A DNA stretch of 64,000 nt from Terriglobia bacterium (GTDB lineage: Bacteria > Acidobacteriota > Terriglobia > 20CM-2-55-15), in the NCBI GenBank assembly GCA_963664115.2, contig CAXWPJ010000012.1, positions 384,001 to 448,000 on the forward strand, written 5' to 3'. Shown piece by piece: positions 1 through 10,155 of this stretch. How positions within the stretch are numbered: the stretch's first letter is position 1; each line of letters opens with the position of its first letter. The translations under genes and the position numbers were made by a program. The notes beneath the pieces were generated by a model. That model was not told the origin of the DNA. It ran no database searches and saw only the letters and a program-made list of their open reading frames with translations.

Positions 1-60
1 CGGCGAAAACAGGAGCAGCGAGAGACAGGCGCCCTTGCAAACTCGTGACTGAGCAGTCAT
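1..60 (-). CDS. 5' end of a gene running off the window (signal-peptide-like); possibly the ShlB/FhaC-type transporter partner
   Basis: ATG at 60 overlaps the TGA of the FHA gene (ATGA). Reads MTAQSRVCKGACLSLLLFSP. Identity inferred only from the usual cluster layout. Confidence 0.4.
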   Translation of the reverse strand, partial: MTAQSRVCKGACLSLLLFSP

Positions 61-3000
61 CCTATCCCGCCTTGCCCGGTGATTGCTTCGCCGAGCTCGG
101 GTGGACACAGCGCGTCCAGGGCATTCCAGAAGCGCTTCGGATTTGACACCCGAAGATTCATCCCGGTATCGCCCGTCTCCGGAGTCTCCTGATGCAGCGC
201 TTCGACTGCTGCGGTTTCGGGTTCGAGGTCAGAAACGGAACTCGAAAGCAATCCGCCCGGTTCGGGAGGCAGGACGTCACGTCCGGCCACGATGAAACTG
301 CTGGTTTCGCCGCCACCTGCGATTTGGGCGCAACGTGCAGCGAGCAGTTCGGAGACATCCAGAAAGTTTTCCGGTAATGGTGTGATGCTCTCGGCAACTC
401 CGGCAACGATGGCCTGAATTCCGACTTCACCGTCGATTCCAGCGGGTTGTCGTGCCCGGGCCTGAACCAGACCGGTCATCGAACCGGTAAACCCCGCGGC
501 ATCAATGGAAATTTTACCGCCTTGATCTCCACCGTCCGCCCGAATCTCGCTGATGTCTTCTAAAACGAGAAAGCCTACTGGTTCGGCATTGGCACCGCGA
601 ATATCGGACACGACAATCGCGACATTCCCTCCCGCTCCCTCACCACCATCGGCCGTAATCTTGCTGTCGTCGAGCCTGACGAATCGGGAGCTAAGAGTCA
701 CGTTTCCACTGCCGGTGCCGCTTCGGACCGTCGTGGTGATGAGGCTGTCATCAGACAGCAAGATCCGATAGGAATCTATCGAGATACTCCCCCCGCCGGC
801 CTGTTGGGATGCCGTCGTAATCCGGCCCGTCAGAGCGGTAACGGAATCTGCTGACCGACCCGCATCGACACCAGCGATATCGATCGTGCCCGCCGGACCC
901 GATCCGCCGCTTTGTGCAGAAACGGTAGAGTCGCCGGTGAGCTCCAGCGTTCCAACGCGCAGATTGATATCGCCGGCACTTCCAGTACTGCCGTCACGCG
1001 CACTCGATCCGATCTCGGCACCGCCCTGTAGCTGAAGGCGAGGCGTTTCGAACGTAACACTCCCGCCGGCGCCATCGCCCGTGGTGCCACTGAATACAGC
1101 ACTCGGAAATCCAGCACTCGACGTCCCGCTGAGGAGGGCTGATTCTTGGGCGCGAAGACTAATCGTTCCGCCTGCTCCATCCGAAGTTACCGCCAGGACC
1201 TGTCCACCCTCATCGAGAACAAATCTTCCGACATCCAAGATGACAGAACCGGCTGCGCCGGCGTTGTCTCCTTCGGTCACGCTTCGGACGGAAATGACAC
1301 TGTCCTGAACGAAAAGCTCGTCTGTATCGATGGGAATGTCAGCGTCGCGCCCGATCCGAATGATTCCCCCATCCCCCACGCTGTCGGTCGTGGAAGTGAT
1401 CATCGAGCCTCCCGAAACAACGATGCGGCCACCCGAAATCCTCATCTCGCCCGCCGATCCCGAACCCAGTGTCGCAGTGGTCACCAAACTCCGGTTGCTG
1501 ATGGACAACAACGACTTTGCAGCGAATCGGAGCTCTCCACCCTCTCCATCCAAGGTATAGGCTGATATGAATCCATCGTCGATGACGATCCGATCCGCTT
1601 CGACGATGACGGAACCCGACCGGCCGGCATCCTCACCCAGGGCTACGCTGTCCGCGGCGATGCGGCCACCTTCGACAACAAGCTCGTGAGTGTCGATCGG
1701 GATGTCTTCCGCACGGCCAATCCGAATCGCTCCTCCGCTTCCAGAGCTGAAGGTCCTCGATCCGACTTCTCCGCCGTCCGCCACAACAATTCGGTCTGCC
1801 GAAATTCGCAGTTCACCGCCGGATCCGGAACCTCCTGTCGACGTCGTTATACTGCTCGTATATTGTCCGTCAGAGCCGCTTACCAACAACAGCTCCGTAG
1901 CACCGATCGTTATGCTACCTGCCGACCCCTGTGACTGGTCGGCGGCAAAGCTCGCAACGACTCCTCCGTTTTCGATACGCACGACGTCTGCGTCGATACG
2001 GATGTCGCCGCTTCGTGAATCACTCGACGGGGAAAAATTGTTGGACTGGATTGCCGATGGTCCATCAATCGTGACGCGACCGGTGCCGCCTGGGTTAACT
2101 ACCACGACGGCTATACGCCCTCCGTCCCCTGTGCCTCGCGTTGTACTGTTGATCTGCGTTTCCCGAAAGCAGCACGACGGATTCAACACGGACACCGATT
2201 CATTCGCACGAATGAAAATCTCACCCGCATTTCCGGTCGACAATTCCTGGGCTTCACTTTCAATCGAAGCTCCTTCATCTAGTGTCAAGCGGTCGACAAG
2301 AATGGTGATCGTACCTGCCGATGCCGAGCCATTCGATACCGCGGTGGATATCCTGGCGGCATCTGATAAACGAATGTCGGTGGCGACCAGGACAAGATTG
2401 GAGCTATTCCGGCTGCTCTCAGAAGAAATACTTTGAACACCGGTATTGAAGCCGTTCAACGAGATGACAGAATCCTGATTTGGGTCCAGCGGAGTGATCC
2501 GAATTTCCGTTTGAGCGACAAGATCCGAATTCAGAGGAAGCGTAGACTCACTGCTGTCATTCATAATCCGAGCCCCATCGTTCATTTCCAGTTGATTGGT
2601 ATAAATTCGAACATTCCCCGGAGTACCCCGAGTGACCTCCCCTTCGAATGCAAAACCGACGTCCGCTCTGATATTTCCGCCCTCCATCCGCAGTGTAGGG
2701 GTCCGGATCGTAATGTCTCCAGCTGTACCATCACCAAAGGTCACATTGCTTTGAATTCCAGTAAGAAACACGAAACCGTCAGGATCGGAGATCAATACGG
2801 ATCTGGACGCTTCGATCGTGACATCTCCCGCATCACCAGCCGCCCAGGTCTTTGCAGTAATGTTGCTTTCTTCGAGGATTTCCAGTTCCTCGGCTACGAT
2901 ACGAATCGGAACCCCATCCCCGTCCCCCTGTGTCCAGCTCACGACCCCGGCTTCATTCTTCAGCCACACCGTCCCGTCCACCACAATATCGATTGCACCT

Positions 3001-3926
3001 CCGCTGCTGTTGAGGATTGTGTTGGCATATAGGAAGGAATCGTTCACTTCCAACTGGCCGGCTCGAACAATAATCGTCCCCGCACCCTCGGCAACAATGG
3101 AGGACTCGTCTACGTTAACAATTGTTCCGTTCGTCAGACGCAATTCGCCCAAGCTTGAAAACGAATCGACGACGACACTACTATCGGTAAAGATAGCCTC
3201 GCCGGGAGAATCGACACTGACCATATCGATGCGGCCACCGGACGCAACGATAGTGCCTCCGCTTATCGTTGTATCGCCGCCAATGAGACTGATCTCGGTA
3301 CCGTCATACCCCCAAAAAAAGGCGTCATTGACAGTGATGGATGCTGGGCTATCTGAGAGAAAACCGAAGGTGTCGGGGACGTCAAACAGTACGCCGGGAT
3401 CGATGGAGAAAACACTGGGTAGTGCAGCGTTCGCATTGGATTCGCTCACATAGAACGCGCTCGCTCCTGATCGAAGATAGTCTGCTGTACTGACAAGGAA
3501 CGACCCAGCGACATCAAGATTAACGTCAGCGTTAAAAATAACTCCGTTCGGATTCAGGAAAAACAATGTCGTCGGGGCACGAAGCGTGCCGTTGATCGTA
3601 GAAGCCGTGTTGCCCGTAACCCGGGCGAGAATGCTTTGTATAGATTCGGAGGCTGTGAAATCAGCCGTTTCATCTTTCAGGAGTGAAAACTCGGAGAAAC
3701 TTTGGAACAGGTTGTTCCCGATTCTCCTCCCCATTTCTTCGGTAATGCCGTAAACAGGACCATTCCCGAGCGTGCTTCCGTTTCCGATGCTGCCGTCAAG
3801 GACGACGCTTTGGGCCTGGGCTGTAGCCGGGCCGAAAACGGCGGTCAGCGCATACAACATGCAGAGCATGAAAGAGGCGACAGGCACCGTAAAGACTCGA
3901 CCCTTGCCTTGTGACTTCGAAATCAC
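57..3926 (-). CDS. Filamentous haemagglutinin N-terminal (TPS) domain exoprotein
   Basis: Signal peptide (..ATAQAQ), NLFQSFSEFSL, ILARVTG..STINGTL and FFLNPNG secretion-domain motifs, then many G-x-G-G-x-I-x-I beta-helix repeats. Start set at GTG 3926, just after the CHAT stop; ATG 3869 is an alternative. Confidence 0.9.
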   Translation of the reverse strand: MISKSQGKGRVFTVPVASFMLCMLYALTAVFGPATAQAQSVVLDGSIGNGSTLGNGPVYGITEEMGRRIGNNLFQSFSEFSLLKDETADFTASESIQSILARVTGNTASTINGTLRAPTTLFFLNPNGVIFNADVNLDVAGSFLVSTADYLRSGASAFYVSESNANAALPSVFSIDPGVLFDVPDTFGFLSDSPASITVNDAFFWGYDGTEISLIGGDTTISGGTIVASGGRIDMVSVDSPGEAIFTDSSVVVDSFSSLGELRLTNGTIVNVDESSIVAEGAGTIIVRAGQLEVNDSFLYANTILNSSGGAIDIVVDGTVWLKNEAGVVSWTQGDGDGVPIRIVAEELEILEESNITAKTWAAGDAGDVTIEASRSVLISDPDGFVFLTGIQSNVTFGDGTAGDITIRTPTLRMEGGNIRADVGFAFEGEVTRGTPGNVRIYTNQLEMNDGARIMNDSSESTLPLNSDLVAQTEIRITPLDPNQDSVISLNGFNTGVQSISSESSRNSSNLVLVATDIRLSDAARISTAVSNGSASAGTITILVDRLTLDEGASIESEAQELSTGNAGEIFIRANESVSVLNPSCCFRETQINSTTRGTGDGGRIAVVVVNPGGTGRVTIDGPSAIQSNNFSPSSDSRSGDIRIDADVVRIENGGVVASFAADQSQGSAGSITIGATELLLVSGSDGQYTSSITTSTGGSGSGGELRISADRIVVADGGEVGSRTFSSGSGGAIRIGRAEDIPIDTHELVVEGGRIAADSVALGEDAGRSGSVIVEADRIVIDDGFISAYTLDGEGGELRFAAKSLLSISNRSLVTTATLGSGSAGEMRISGGRIVVSGGSMITSTTDSVGDGGIIRIGRDADIPIDTDELFVQDSVISVRSVTEGDNAGAAGSVILDVGRFVLDEGGQVLAVTSDGAGGTISLRAQESALLSGTSSAGFPSAVFSGTTGDGAGGSVTFETPRLQLQGGAEIGSSARDGSTGSAGDINLRVGTLELTGDSTVSAQSGGSGPAGTIDIAGVDAGRSADSVTALTGRITTASQQAGGGSISIDSYRILLSDDSLITTTVRSGTGSGNVTLSSRFVRLDDSKITADGGEGAGGNVAIVVSDIRGANAEPVGFLVLEDISEIRADGGDQGGKISIDAAGFTGSMTGLVQARARQPAGIDGEVGIQAIVAGVAESITPLPENFLDVSELLAARCAQIAGGGETSSFIVAGRDVLPPEPGGLLSSSVSDLEPETAAVEALHQETPETGDTGMNLRVSNPKRFWNALDALCPPELGEAITGQGGIG

Positions 3927-3936
3927 GAATCCAGGC

Positions 3937-6234
3937 TCACAGCCAGTTATTGATGAGGATGAATGGAGACCAGAAGAACGGATGTGCGTATTGCTCCTGG
4001 ACCAGCAATTGAAGTTGGGCTTGTCGGAGGGCCTTGGCTTTCGAGAGAGTACTGTTCCGAAGTTCTTCATAGAAGCTCGTAATCAGTTCGGACGACGCCG
4101 CGTCGCTGATCTGCCACAGCGTGGCCAGCGCGCTCTTGGCTCCGGCCTTTACCGCGACTCCGGCCAGGCCCAGTGCGGCCCGGTCGTCGCCGGCGGCTGA
4201 TTCGCAGGCGCTCAGCGTCAGAAGCTCGATCGGGTTTTCCCGAAGGCGAAACCGGCCGATGAGGTCGCCCAGATCATCGAGCGTGAACCTGTCGTCGTAA
4301 GTCAGAAGAAAGGAATCCTCGGGGTTGGCCGCAAATGCGGCGTGGGATGCAATGTGCACAATACTGAACTCGCGGTCTGCCAGGGCGCGCTCGACGTTCG
4401 CCACAACAAAGTCTTCATCGATCAGCGCGGTTCCGGGAAAGAGTTCCCGGATCGCGTCAGTTTCCTCACCCGCCCCGGGCAAGGCCGCGAAATTCTGAAC
4501 AGCTTCCGTCAGCCCCAGCGTCAGGACTGAAATGTTGTCCCGTGCCAGCGGGCGTGGATCGGACAGCCTCAGACTCGGCGTTACCGCAACGGCGTAGCTT
4601 TCGATCAGAAAGGCTTCTCCATCATAAAGTGCGGCCATCGGTATGGTTCTCAATGCGCCGTCAGGCACAAAGACGATCGTGTCCACACCGGACGCGGTTA
4701 GAAGTGGCTCCAATGGTCGCATCACCCACTCATACAGCTGGGCCGCCGGAGCCAGGTAGGCATTTCCGGCCTGCCCTTCCAGAAGAAGCCGAAATATGCG
4801 CACGAGATTCATCAGTGCGTCTTCCCTTACGGGAACAGTCGTTCGGCTTAACCTGCCACGAATCCCTACCAACAATTCCAACCTGTCTGGAAGGATGATC
4901 GGGTAGATGATGGCGGCCTCGGCGGACAGCGCATCCAGGCTCGTTTCCCGTGCCAGGTAGGTGTCGACACAGTCGTCACGAAAGTAATCTCTGAGCTCGG
5001 CCAGCTTGAAAAGCTCGACGGTATCGCGGGCTTCGTTCAAATAAAGTGAGGTCGTCTCGATGTCGGACACCGTTGAAGCCCGTTCCAGGAGCAGATCGAT
5101 CATTTCGAAATAGGCCCGGCCGGCGGATTCTCTAAACGAGGTTGCCGTTGCGGTGTAGGCCTGTGGCGCCTCCTGGCGGATCGTTTGCAGGGTCTGAATG
5201 GAAGCACGATAGGACTCGATCGCGTCGTCGCTGATTTCAAGCGCACGTAGCAAGCGTCCCGACTGCCACTGCCAGCGATAGAGTGATTCCGGAGAGTGAA
5301 TCCCCCCTACAGCGGCCAGGGCACGTCGCGTCCATACCAGGGCCTCCTCAAAGCGCCCTTCATCTTCGTATAGACTGCCGATACCCCCGTAGGCATAGGA
5401 CCGAGTCCTGAGATCCCCTATCGTTTCAGCGACCTCAGCCCCCTGGCTGAGCGCTTCGTAAGCCGCAAGCCGCAGCGGTCCGTGACGATCGGGAAGCGCC
5501 CGTGCGAGGATGGCGTAGTTTTCCCCGAAGTTGACCGACAGCTGCGCCTTGTCGTATGAAAGGCCCAATGCGCGGACCACGGCCATGCCTTCATTTCCGA
5601 GCCGAAGGCAGGTCTCATAATCTTCTGTCTTACAGGACAATGTGGCCGCATTGCTGAGGGCCCGCCCGTGGAGAGCTTCCAGTGATTCGTTTCGGGCAAG
5701 GCGCGCACTCCTGAGGTAGGACTGGATAGCCGCGTCATAAAAACCTTCGGCCCCCAGCAGCCCACCACGGTTATTTTCAATGAAAGCGATCAGCGGATCG
5801 TCGTCGAGTTCTGTGGCGAGATCGAGGGCGGCTGTGAGCATTTCCGAGGCAGGTGGATAGGCCCTCAAACTCAGATAGACGCTACCCAGAGTTCCCAGTA
5901 TCTCAACCTGCACCCGATTGCCTGCATCCTGATTCAGAAGTCGGGCCGTTCCCAGCGCCCTGAGAGCGTCCCCAGAGAGGCCCAGGTTCTGATACGCCCC
6001 CGCCAGACGAACCAGGGTCCGAGCCTGATCTTCCGACCGGCCGTCCAGCGCATATACCTCTGCGGCTTCAAGCCATCCGCTGATCGCCTCTTCAAACGCG
6101 CCTCGGGCGAATGCACTTTGAGCCTGCTCGTATGAGGACTGGACGGGCCGAGCTTCCGCCCTCGACACGAGAGGTTCTGCGGCCAGAACCACCGTAAAAA
6201 ACAGGAGCACACAGACTGTCCACGGGGTATGCAT
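3937..6234 (-). CDS. Secreted TPR + CHAT (caspase HetF-associated) domain protein
   Basis: Signal peptide, TPR-like helices, FVPDGALRTIPMAAL, catalytic-type VHIASHA and LTLSACES, terminal HPFFWSPFIL. Confidence 0.93.
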   Translation of the reverse strand: MHTPWTVCVLLFFTVVLAAEPLVSRAEARPVQSSYEQAQSAFARGAFEEAISGWLEAAEVYALDGRSEDQARTLVRLAGAYQNLGLSGDALRALGTARLLNQDAGNRVQVEILGTLGSVYLSLRAYPPASEMLTAALDLATELDDDPLIAFIENNRGGLLGAEGFYDAAIQSYLRSARLARNESLEALHGRALSNAATLSCKTEDYETCLRLGNEGMAVVRALGLSYDKAQLSVNFGENYAILARALPDRHGPLRLAAYEALSQGAEVAETIGDLRTRSYAYGGIGSLYEDEGRFEEALVWTRRALAAVGGIHSPESLYRWQWQSGRLLRALEISDDAIESYRASIQTLQTIRQEAPQAYTATATSFRESAGRAYFEMIDLLLERASTVSDIETTSLYLNEARDTVELFKLAELRDYFRDDCVDTYLARETSLDALSAEAAIIYPIILPDRLELLVGIRGRLSRTTVPVREDALMNLVRIFRLLLEGQAGNAYLAPAAQLYEWVMRPLEPLLTASGVDTIVFVPDGALRTIPMAALYDGEAFLIESYAVAVTPSLRLSDPRPLARDNISVLTLGLTEAVQNFAALPGAGEETDAIRELFPGTALIDEDFVVANVERALADREFSIVHIASHAAFAANPEDSFLLTYDDRFTLDDLGDLIGRFRLRENPIELLTLSACESAAGDDRAALGLAGVAVKAGAKSALATLWQISDAASSELITSFYEELRNSTLSKAKALRQAQLQLLVQEQYAHPFFWSPFILINNWL

Positions 6235-6325
6235 GGTTTGGGCTGCCCAATTCTAGCAGTCATCCTAGAATCAGAAAGATCGAAAGTTACTGGACGTCTC
6301 GATGTCACACGGGGACAATGAGTCT

Positions 6326-7228
6326 ATGTCTCTGTATCGGTTACTCATAACAGTTGCTTTATGCCTGTTCTCCACCGCCATCGCTTACGGCGCGCAATCT
6401 GAAAACTCTCCGCTCGGAATGATTCTGGGAATCGAAGGCAGTGTGTTTGTCGAGCGGGATGAACTCCAACGCCCGGCATTGTTCGCCGACCTGCTTTTCG
6501 ACGGAGACCGTGTGATCACGGAAGCGGGAGCAGCCACCTTGATTTATTGTCCCTCAACGCAAACCCTGGGACTCGGTAACAACACCGCAGCCCTCCTGGG
6601 CCTGGAATCATTCGTCATTGAGAGTGGAGCGACACCGACGGTGAGCCCGTCACGTGCCTGCATGCTGCCCCAGGTGGCGCTGGGTGCGGAAAGCCTGGAA
6701 CGTGTGGGCGCGTTGACCGTGCGCGGCAACCCTCCGGTTCCACTGTATCTGGGCGGCAAAATATCCGCTCGACGACCCACCTTTCGATGGGCAGCGGTTG
6801 AGAGCGCGGATAGCTATCAGCTGACGCTCAATGATCTAACCGGTACAAAGGTATGGGAATATCAAACGACCGAACTGAACGTGTCCTATCCCCCCTCGCT
6901 CGATCCACTGGGTGACGGCGACTACCTGTGGGAGTTAAGGGCTCAAACCGGCAACAGCACCGCAGCGTTTCAGATCGCTGTGTTCACCCTCGACCCGGCA
7001 GAGCTTCCGACATCGGAGCCCGCCTCGAACAACGCAGAAAGACTGCTGCGCGCGATGGAACTGGAACATTTTGGCTATTACGCCGATGCAGCCGAAGAAC
7101 TGAGCGCCCTGCTGTCGGGCAATCCGTCAGACAAGCCAATCGTCAGCCGGCTCGCATGGCTGTACTCGAACGCAGGGTTGGTTGCGGCCGCGGACGAAGC
7201 CGTCACACGTCTCGACGCCATGCCTTAG
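6326..7228 (+). CDS. Secreted protein with a DUF928-like domain and C-terminal TPR
   Basis: Signal peptide; RPTFRW...SYP..L..GDYLW resembles DUF928 proteins that accompany CHAT/FHA clusters; divergent from the CHAT gene. Confidence 0.6.
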   Translation: MSLYRLLITVALCLFSTAIAYGAQSENSPLGMILGIEGSVFVERDELQRPALFADLLFDGDRVITEAGAATLIYCPSTQTLGLGNNTAALLGLESFVIESGATPTVSPSRACMLPQVALGAESLERVGALTVRGNPPVPLYLGGKISARRPTFRWAAVESADSYQLTLNDLTGTKVWEYQTTELNVSYPPSLDPLGDGDYLWELRAQTGNSTAAFQIAVFTLDPAELPTSEPASNNAERLLRAMELEHFGYYADAAEELSALLSGNPSDKPIVSRLAWLYSNAGLVAAADEAVTRLDAMP

Positions 7229-7462
7229 CAACCCACGCCGACACCGAACGCTCAGGACCCGTCGAGCTCAAATGAAAAACTCGAGTCGACTGACGCGACT
7301 GTCCCTGTATTCGGCGATCCGTGGAACGTCCCTGAAAGCGATTGCCGCCCCCAATGACTGCTGATCGTGTGCGCGTGGGGGGGGGAGGCCGTGCTCAATG
7401 GCATGCGGGCTCCCGGCATCGCGACAGTCATTCTGCCCGTCTTTCTGCCCTCATGGGGCCTC

Positions 7463-8455
7463 TCATGGTTCGAGAGAAGCCGTGTACGCAGCGATTGCGA
7501 CAAGGTCTTCCAGCGTCAGATCGTCCACGACATCCTCCATCAGTGCAGACCACGCACCGCGGCGGGCACCGGTCTGGAAGTCGTACAACTGGCGGGCGCT
7601 GTAGCTGGGTGACCGTCCCGCAAGTCCCGGTACGGGACCGAGGCCCTTCAGATCCGGGCCGTGACAGACACCGCACCGAGTCGTCCGGCCTTCGCCCCCC
7701 GTGGTCACCAGCGCTTCACCCCGACCGAGGCTGCCCACCGGCAAATAGGCAACGAATCCCGAAGCGTCATCCCTCAACTCGGTTCTCCCGAGATCCTCCG
7801 GGATCTCGACGATCCGGTTTCCGATAGCCTCCCTACCCCCGCCCTCTTCCGCCGCGTACATCGCGCCCGCGATGAACGTTTCAGGCACGGTATCGGTCTC
7901 CACGACACGTATCCATGGCTTGAAGGGGAAGCTGGAAAAATATTCAGCTGCCGCGGCGACCTCGTCATCTTCAGCATTTTCTCCAATCGCCAGCATCGCC
8001 CTGGGCGGCCCCATTCGGGGTTCGGAACTCCGCCGAAGCCCGGCCTTGTAGTCGGCCATCTGCTGCACGATGTAGGCCGCCGGAAGACCGGCAATGCCGG
8101 AATTTTCAGGACGTCCCTGTCCGTTGGGCAGGTGACAATAGCCGCAGGCGCGGACTGCCGGGCTGCGTCCGTTTGACACAATCTGGGGCATCGCGGGATG
8201 TCCGTCGGGATGCCAATCGGGCGGATTGAACAGGTCACGTGTTTCGGTCAACGAGAACGTTATCGCACTCCCAGGAACACGCCGGGGCACACCGTCGTCT
8301 GCGGCGCGTTGCCCTCCGCCTGGATTGACCGGATAGGCCCAGGCCGGCGGCAACGCTCCGGCACGAGGAGTTTCCTCTTGTCGGGGCGCCGCCGGGAGCC
8401 CAACCGTCACGGCAAACCCTATGGAAACTGCAATGATGCCCAGATAAGTTTTCAC
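7463..8455 (-). CDS. Periplasmic dihaem c-type cytochrome (c4-like)
   Basis: Two CxxCH motifs (CGYCH, CGVCH), LAG..Y..QL.DF.G.R c4 pattern, AAGGAGG RBS before GTG 8455, signal peptide. Confidence 0.88.
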   Translation of the reverse strand: MKTYLGIIAVSIGFAVTVGLPAAPRQEETPRAGALPPAWAYPVNPGGGQRAADDGVPRRVPGSAITFSLTETRDLFNPPDWHPDGHPAMPQIVSNGRSPAVRACGYCHLPNGQGRPENSGIAGLPAAYIVQQMADYKAGLRRSSEPRMGPPRAMLAIGENAEDDEVAAAAEYFSSFPFKPWIRVVETDTVPETFIAGAMYAAEEGGGREAIGNRIVEIPEDLGRTELRDDASGFVAYLPVGSLGRGEALVTTGGEGRTTRCGVCHGPDLKGLGPVPGLAGRSPSYSARQLYDFQTGARRGAWSALMEDVVDDLTLEDLVAIAAYTASLEP

Positions 8456-8655
8456 TGGTTCCTCCTTGCGATCTGCAAGATTAGAGACGCGCCGAACAGG
8501 GCTCTTTATATACACCCGGGAAGCCTTACACGCAATCGGCATCCGCTGTGGCAAGCCGTTCGCTCGATAGCGTTTGCTGTTGCGGAACCATTCCCGGTGA
8601 ACCATCATAAGCGTCTTACCCATTACGTCCTATCCATCTACCAGAGGAGACCGCC

Positions 8656-8850
8656 ATGCGTCGTCCACACTCACGCTATGCATTATCCGGCCTGATTACT
8701 GACCTGCCTGCCAGGAACGCCACAGCCGGAAACACGCTCGACGCCCTCATTCCCGGCGAACGCGGGGTCGACCTCGTCCGGAAAACGGGCGGTCCAGTGT
8801 TCGTTCGAGACGCGACTCCAGCCGCATCGGCGCGAAATCACGCATGGTAG
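8656..8850 (+). CDS. Possible small protein or gene remnant coupled to the permease
   Basis: GAGGAG RBS before the ATG; stop overlaps the permease start; no recognisable motif. Confidence 0.3.
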   Translation: MRRPHSRYALSGLITDLPARNATAGNTLDALIPGERGVDLVRKTGGPVFVRDATPAASARNHAW

Positions 8851-10139
8851 CGACAACACGTGAAGGACTGGTTCGGGTCCTCCGGAAATGGGACCTTGAG
8901 GCCATAGTGCTGAACTCCATCATCGGCGCGGGGATATTCGGCCTGCCCTCTGTTGTGTTTGCACTGGCCGGTGTTTATAGCCTCGTAGCGTTTGTTTTCT
9001 GTGCCTTCCTTGTCACCCTGATCATCCTCTGTTTTGCCGAAGTCAGCAGCCGATACAGCGAAACCGGTGGCCCGTATCTATACGCGCGGGAGGCTTTCGG
9101 CCCGGTGGTCGGGTTTGAAGTCGGTTGGCTGATGTGGATCGCGCGTGTTACGGCTTTCGCAGCCAACTGCAATCTTCTCATCGCCTATTTCGGCTTCTTT
9201 GTTCCATCCGTCGAGGCCGGCGCCGCACGCGCGGTCACCGTTACCGTGATCGTCGCCGCGCTCACAACCATCAACGTCATCGGCATCCGCAACGCCACCC
9301 TACTCACCAATGGGTTGACAATAGCGAAACTGCTACCGTTGGTTTTGTTTGTGGTGGTCGGATTCTTCTTCATCGACACCAGCCGCTACGACCTCACCGC
9401 TGGGCCGATCTTTGAAGATTTCTCGGTTTCCGTGTTGTTGCTCGTCTATGCGTTCACCGGGTTCGAGATGGCGGCGATACCGGGTGGTGAGGCTCAGAAC
9501 CCAAGGCGAGACCTTCCCTGGGCCCTGCTAATGGCCATCGGCGTGGTGACCGTGTTTTATTTCCTGATCCAGTTTATCGCGATTGGAACGCTTCCCGGGT
9601 TAGCTGAATCGACGCGGCCACTGGCCGATGCCGGTGGACGCTTTCTGGGGTCAATGGGTGCCGCGATCATTTCAGCCGGGGCTTTGCTTTCTATTCTTGG
9701 GAACCTGAACGTGACGCTGATGGTAACGCCGCGTCTACCCTTTGCCATGGCCGAGCGGCGGGAACTGCCCCGGTGGATCGGTGCTACACACGCACGCTTT
9801 CACACACCGCACATCGCCATCTACTTAACGGGATTGGTGGTCCTCGTTCTGACGCTGACAGGAACCTTCGTCTATGCCGCAACGATCAGCGTGATTGCAC
9901 GATTGCTGAGCTATGGGGCAACCTGCGCGGCGCTGCCAGTGCTTCGGGGCCGGGAGGACTCTCCCCGGGCAGAATTCATTGCTCCCTTCGGAGTTGCCGT
10001 TTCCATCCTTTCCCTGGTACTGGTGGCCTGGTTACTAACCCAGAGCACAGCCGTACAGGCCCGCGACACGGCCATTGCCGCCGCGATCGGGCTCCTGATC
10101 TATTTTCTCCCGAGGCACAAGACTCCCCGAACGGGGTAG
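8844..10139 (+). CDS. APC family amino acid permease
   Basis: IIGAGIFGLP, ETGGPYLYAREAFG, YAFTGFE; about 12 hydrophobic segments. Confidence 0.92.
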   Translation: MVATTREGLVRVLRKWDLEAIVLNSIIGAGIFGLPSVVFALAGVYSLVAFVFCAFLVTLIILCFAEVSSRYSETGGPYLYAREAFGPVVGFEVGWLMWIARVTAFAANCNLLIAYFGFFVPSVEAGAARAVTVTVIVAALTTINVIGIRNATLLTNGLTIAKLLPLVLFVVVGFFFIDTSRYDLTAGPIFEDFSVSVLLLVYAFTGFEMAAIPGGEAQNPRRDLPWALLMAIGVVTVFYFLIQFIAIGTLPGLAESTRPLADAGGRFLGSMGAAIISAGALLSILGNLNVTLMVTPRLPFAMAERRELPRWIGATHARFHTPHIAIYLTGLVVLVLTLTGTFVYAATISVIARLLSYGATCAALPVLRGREDSPRAEFIAPFGVAVSILSLVLVAWLLTQSTAVQARDTAIAAAIGLLIYFLPRHKTPRTG

Positions 10140-10155
10140 AAATCAACTGAGGTTG

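Noticed and set aside
3927-4070. N-terminal extensions in the ORF track (also 8623, 16065, 44011, 60775 starts)
   Set aside because: Downstream starts have an RBS and/or signal peptide, and some extensions overlap neighbouring genes or repeats.
7377-7385. G9 tract as a phase-variation switch
   Set aside because: It lies between convergent gene ends, not in a promoter or CDS.
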